Of a stretch of 64,000 nt of DNA, positions 59,369-64,000 are shown in pieces. A program made the position numbers and the translations under genes. Positions within the stretch are counted from its first letter, which is position 1. Each line of letters opens with the position of its first letter. The stretch is from Selaginella moellendorffii. Its lineage: Eukaryota > Plantae > Lycopodiophyta. The notes below the pieces were generated by a model, which saw nothing but the letters and a program-made list of their open reading frames with translations, had not been told where the DNA came from and made no database searches. The stretch is from assembly GCF_000143415.4 (NCBI RefSeq), contig NW_003314269.1, positions 210,401 through 274,400 of the forward strand, in the 5' to 3' direction.

Positions 59369-61451
59369 ATGGCGGTCGTAGATGCCAACGCCTCGCTCGT
59401 GGCTCACGAAGAGATATCTCCAAAGTGGAGCAAATTGTTGCAGAGCCTGGTATGTAGTTTGATTCCAGTGGACGACTTAATCATCCAAGAGGACAGGACA
59501 GACGCTTTCTCGTGGCACCGCCAGCAGCTGTGAGAAATGCGGCAGCCAGTGGCACAATGCCCGAATGTGCTCGGAGGGCAAGCAGTGCAAGGATTGCTTT
59601 GGAGGCAAGGAGTGCTCGGCAGTCCGGCAGGCAACGAAGCTGATGAAGATTTACTACGCGAACGGAGGTAAGCAACAGAAGGCCAAGGTGAAGAAAAAGG
59701 CTGCAGGAGCGATGTTTGAACGGTAGGAGAGAGTTGATTTGCCACATTTCTCAGCTCTCTAATGAACTTATCTCCGCAGGCTAAAGAGGCAGGGCCACCG
59801 GCCGAGCGTCGAGTGCTACACGGTGGCCATAGCCGAGGTGGTGGCGGAGAAAAAGATGAGCGAGGCACAGCAGCTTCTCAAACAGATGGAAGAGGAGGAC
59901 GGTCTAGCACCCGACAGCGTATGCTTCAACACGGTGATCAACGGGTGGTGCAACGAAGGGCAGATGGAGGAGGCCATGAGAGTGGTGCAAGAGATGAGAC
60001 AGAAAAACTGCCGTCCCACCACTTCCACTTACAACACTCTGATCAAAGGCTACGGAGTAGCAGGACAGGCAGAACAGGCGCAGCAGCTAGTGCTTCACCT
60101 CCTCAACAAGACGAGGAACTCTCCGAGCAGCGAGGACGGGCTTGAGCCGGTCGCGAGGCCAAACTTGCGAACCATGAACACGCTGCTCAATGCGTGGTGC
60201 CGGGAGGGGCGGCTGGAGGAGGCGTGGAGGGTGGTGGCGATGATCAAGTCGGCTGGAATGCAACCGGACGCCGTGACTTACAACACGCTCGCCAAGGCCT
60301 ACGCGGCCGCCGGCAGGGTGGCGGAGCTGGAGGACCTCATCGCCGACATGAAGAACGCGCGGCTGAAGCCCAACCTGCGGACTTACGCCATCCTGATCAG
60401 CTGCTACTGCCAAAACGGCATGCCCGAGCGCGGCCTCCAGCTCCTCTCGCGCCTCAAGTTCGAGGGCCTCCATCCAGACGTGGTGGCTTTCAACACCCTG
60501 CTCAAAGGCTACGTCGAGCAGCAAAGCTCCCAGCAGCAGCAGCAGCAGGACTTCCAGAGCCAGGAGAACGACCAGCAGCTAAAGCTCGAGATGGTGCTGG
60601 ATCTCATGGCGGCCAACGGCGTGAGGCCGGACGTGACCACCTACAGCACGATCATGAACTGGTGGAGCTCGGCCGGGATGGCGGACAAGGCGCAGACGAT
60701 ACTGCTCGAGATGCAGCAGGATCGCGTCAAGCCGGACGTGCGAGCGTTTGCGATCCTGGCCAAGGGGTACGTGCGATCCGGAAGAACACACGAGGCCGAG
60801 TCGCTGCTCCAGGACATGAGCCTCCACGGCGTGGCTCCAAACGTGGTGGTGTACACGACTATCATCAGCGGCTGGTGTAGCATGGGCCGGATGGACGACG
60901 CGCTGCGAGTGCTGGAGCTCATGCTCGAGAGAGGCGAGGCTCCCAATCTCAACACCGTCCAGACGCTGGTGTGGGGATTCTGCGAGGCCCGCCAGCCCCG
61001 CGAGGCCGAGGAGATGGTCGCCGCCATGGCCGCCGCGGGGCTTCCAGTCGACTCCAAGTGCCTGGACATGATCGCTAGCGCGTGGAGTGCCTTGGGATTT
61101 CCATTCGAGACCGACAGGATTCTAGCGTCGGATCGTCGTCGCCAGCTCTCTCCTTCCAGCCAGAGCTCTCGCCAGTTACTTCCCCTGACTAGTTCATCGT
61201 CTTCGCCATCGCCATCGTCTTCGTCTTCCATGGATGCTTCGCCATCGCCACCTTCGTCAACTTCTTCTACGTCTTCTTCGTCTTCCCAGCTCATGCTGGA
61301 GCTCCGGAGTAGAACTAGCCGGCCCCAAGTCGCGTGCTCCATGGTGGCCGTCAATCACCTCCTGGCGAGGAGATACATTCCAGCCAGCGTCGTGGACGCT
61401 ACGAGGAGGAAAGTGTTTGACACTCGCTTCTTGGTAACAATCCGGTGTTGA
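59369..61451 (+). CDS. P-class PPR protein (At5g21222/At5g25630-like) with N-terminal Cys/His motifs
   Basis: CKDCFGGKECSAVRQATKLM, GHRPSVECYT, PTTSTYNTLIKGYG, about 11 PPR motifs. Two short 5' introns are inferred and the start is tentative. Confidence 0.9.
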
Positions 61452-61524
61452 TCATCAAAAAAATCCATCTATATATCATCCAATTTATACACACTCGCCA
61501 AGTAACAAAAACGAAACGTAAGAA

Positions 61525-64000
61525 TCAATGCTGCTTGGACAAACCTTGCTGCCTTCGTCGCGCTTTGCTGCTCTCCGAGGACGAGCTATCGCTGCTGGAT
61601 GGAAATTCTTCCATTGGGACCTCACGGTAGACGCCGCTGCTTCCCGTGGTTGCTTGCTGGCCCTCTTCCACCAGGCGCTTCATTATGTTCATGAACGTTG
61701 GGAGCAGCTTTGTGGAGATCGAGATCATCCCGGATAGCTGAGAGAACATCGAGCGTGAGAACTCGGCTATCTAGAAGACAAGGAAAATACTTACCATTCC
61801 ATTTTGGAACTCACGGCCAATGTCGAGTTGCACCCACACGGCCTTACCCACCAAGTAGAGAACGAAGACAACTGCCAAGTAGATAGGATTCCTGGGTATA
61901 GACATCTCAGTAAAGATATATGACGCGACCATGTATCACCTTAGTAAAGCCATGAACTCGTTGAATCCGAGAACCACCATGGCGACAATCGCCCAGGGTG
62001 GAGGTAGCCAGGAAGCACCGCGCTTGTTTGCCTCCTGCGAAAATATAAGAAAGAGAAAATGAATCAAGAAGGTTGAGAATACCAACCTGTGCAGCTAGAG
62101 CTTGACTGACAGTGTACTCAGTCTCAGCTTTGAACTGTCTCCATAGATTTCGACAATCTATTGGACTCAACAACATTTTCTCCGATGGAACCTGCAAAGG
62201 TAATCTCGCAGTTAGAAGAAAGGCTTTTGATCTCCCAGCTTACTCCATCCCAGGTACTTGCAGCCAACGCGCTGGAAGCTGACGTTGCCAAGGACCTGTC
62301 CACTGCAGTTGCATTAGCTGGAGATTGCAAGCGTTCTGGAATTTCTCCGAGCAACCCAGTCAGTGTTTCCTCGACGTTATCAGAAGCATCTTCTTCCAAG
62401 CGTATCACAGATAGCACAGAAAGAAGCTTAATAGCCTGCCATCATATACTTGTTTGTTAGTGCTGTGGTTGATGAAACGAACATAAAACGATTACCGATA
62501 AACGAGCGTCTTTCGTGATCATTCTCACGTCTTCTTCACCGGTCCATACCCTTGGCATCAAGTCCTCATCGTGGCTAAAAACTGTGTTGAATCTGTAATC
62601 CAAACATATAAGACCGACAGAGAAAGTTAAAAAGGCGGTACCTATCCTTCATGCGAATTAAAGCTTGACTTGCTTCTTCTCTGGCTCTTTTCTCAACCAC
62701 ATTTCGCCCAAAAGCTACAAAGTCCTCTTCGATCCTCCTTAATTCCGCTGCATCTAGCTCAAAGCCCGAGACAGCTTGCAGTAAAGCGTCTTTAGCCAAA
62801 TTAGTTTCATGAGCCACCAAAGTTCTCAGCGACGGCCAAGTATCTGATGATGCCGCATCTAGTAATGTTGACACAGAGTTCCCCAAAACGTCCTCTAGTT
62901 GCCGCTGTACAGTTTATACTGTTAATTGAAGATATTAAAATCCTCGATGTTACCTCCGACTTTCCCACTATTTCCGCAAGCCGTTTCGCTTTCAGGTTGG
63001 ATGCGTGAGCATCTACATCTCTACGAAGCTTTTCCTTGACCTTTGAAGAATCCCAACCAGCAAGTTTAACATTTGCATCTGCAACATTTTGTCAAGATGA
63101 GAAGAATTTGGCCAACAATAAATTACCTTCGCAGCCGCGGTCAAACTCGTCAAGACATTCTTTAGTGCATCTTCTTATTGCAGCTGCAAATCCTTCTGTT
63201 TCCGACGATGCGGAGCTTGCGTCAGCAGCCTGCTTGAAGGTTGCTAACGCTTTCGCTCTATAGTGAGCTAGAACTGCTTGATAGGACGGTTGAACAAGCT
63301 GCATCAAATCAACATGAAACCAGTTTTAGAAGTAAACCTGGCACCATAATACCTCCAAGATTCGATTCATCAAGAATTCTCTTTTATGGTCTCGAACTTG
63401 TGCATCGAAGTATGCTGCTTCTGAATCGTACCTGAAAAACAAACATTTACTTACATACAACGGGGCAAGATGGGCATACTTACGAGCTAACATACTGATC
63501 CAGTAATGAATCTAGTCTTTTTCCAAATCCCGCAACTGGAACGGACTTTGCAGCCTCAGAGAGCTCCCTCCATTCCTGATAAAAACGAGTGTATTTCAAA
63601 AAGATTTTTCAAAACAGTATGAAAAAACATTTCTTCGTACCTCATCAGCTGAAAGTGCCAAAAACTTCTCGTTTGCAATTTCTTCGCAGCGCACGGTAGC
63701 TACCATAACCTGAAATATAAATTTTAGACATTAAAAATTAAACACCGACGTTTCTTAAAGGACCTTATGCGCGGGAAGATCCAAGTCCTTGTTTTCCTTG
63801 ATGACCTTCCATATTTCATGTGTACTTAAAGGAAATCCCGATCCCGNNNNNNNNNNNNNNNNNNNNNNNNNNNNNNNNNNNNNNNNNNNNNNNNNNNNNN
63901 NNNNNNNNNNNNNNNNNNNNNNNNNNNNNNNNNNNNNNNNNNNNNNAACGTCCACTCTGAGAATAGGCTCCAGAACTTCCAAAGGCGTCTGCATGGGTAT
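61525..64000 (-). CDS. RHD3: ROOT HAIR DEFECTIVE 3 / Sey1 atlastin-type GTPase, 3' part
   Basis: [80 protein letters not shown]. Confidence 0.95.
63847..63946. other. Assembly gap (100 N)
   Basis: Run of Ns. Confidence 0.99.

Noticed and set aside
60087-61354. Long overlapping ORFs inside the PPR gene
   Set aside because: Expected by-products of GC-rich codon usage; no recognisable motifs.

Overview
Gene-dense land-plant nuclear DNA with very short (about 45-60 nt) GT-AG introns, tiny intergenic spacers and a ciliary CCDC13-like gene; this is most consistent with a flagellate-sperm plant such as Selaginella (inference). The left flank holds an intronless ORF missed by the ORF track (1-822), TAF2, a pTAC7/PAP12-like gene and LOG. 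The right flank holds DAWDLE/SNIP1, an ArfGAP, a small membrane protein, CCDC13-like, a P-type PPR with a CCHC zinc knuckle, and RHD3. The centre (about 8.4-53.2 kb) is a patchwork tandem amplification of a multigene cassette: Crinkler-type P-loop NTPase (x2), tRNA-Gly(TCC) (x4), CRM-domain protein (x4 plus fragment), AMP1/GCPII-like M28 peptidase (x4 plus fragment), a DDL relic, and an ankyrin/coiled-coil/PGG-type transmembrane protein (x4). The array is bounded by intact LOG and intact DDL and contains an internal DDL::LOG fusion junction. Copies show reciprocal pseudogenisation and mosaic exchange. The ACD6-like ankyrin-TM paralogues vary in coiled-coil and tail-repeat length. All gene models and homology calls were made by eye and from memory of the families; no searches were run.
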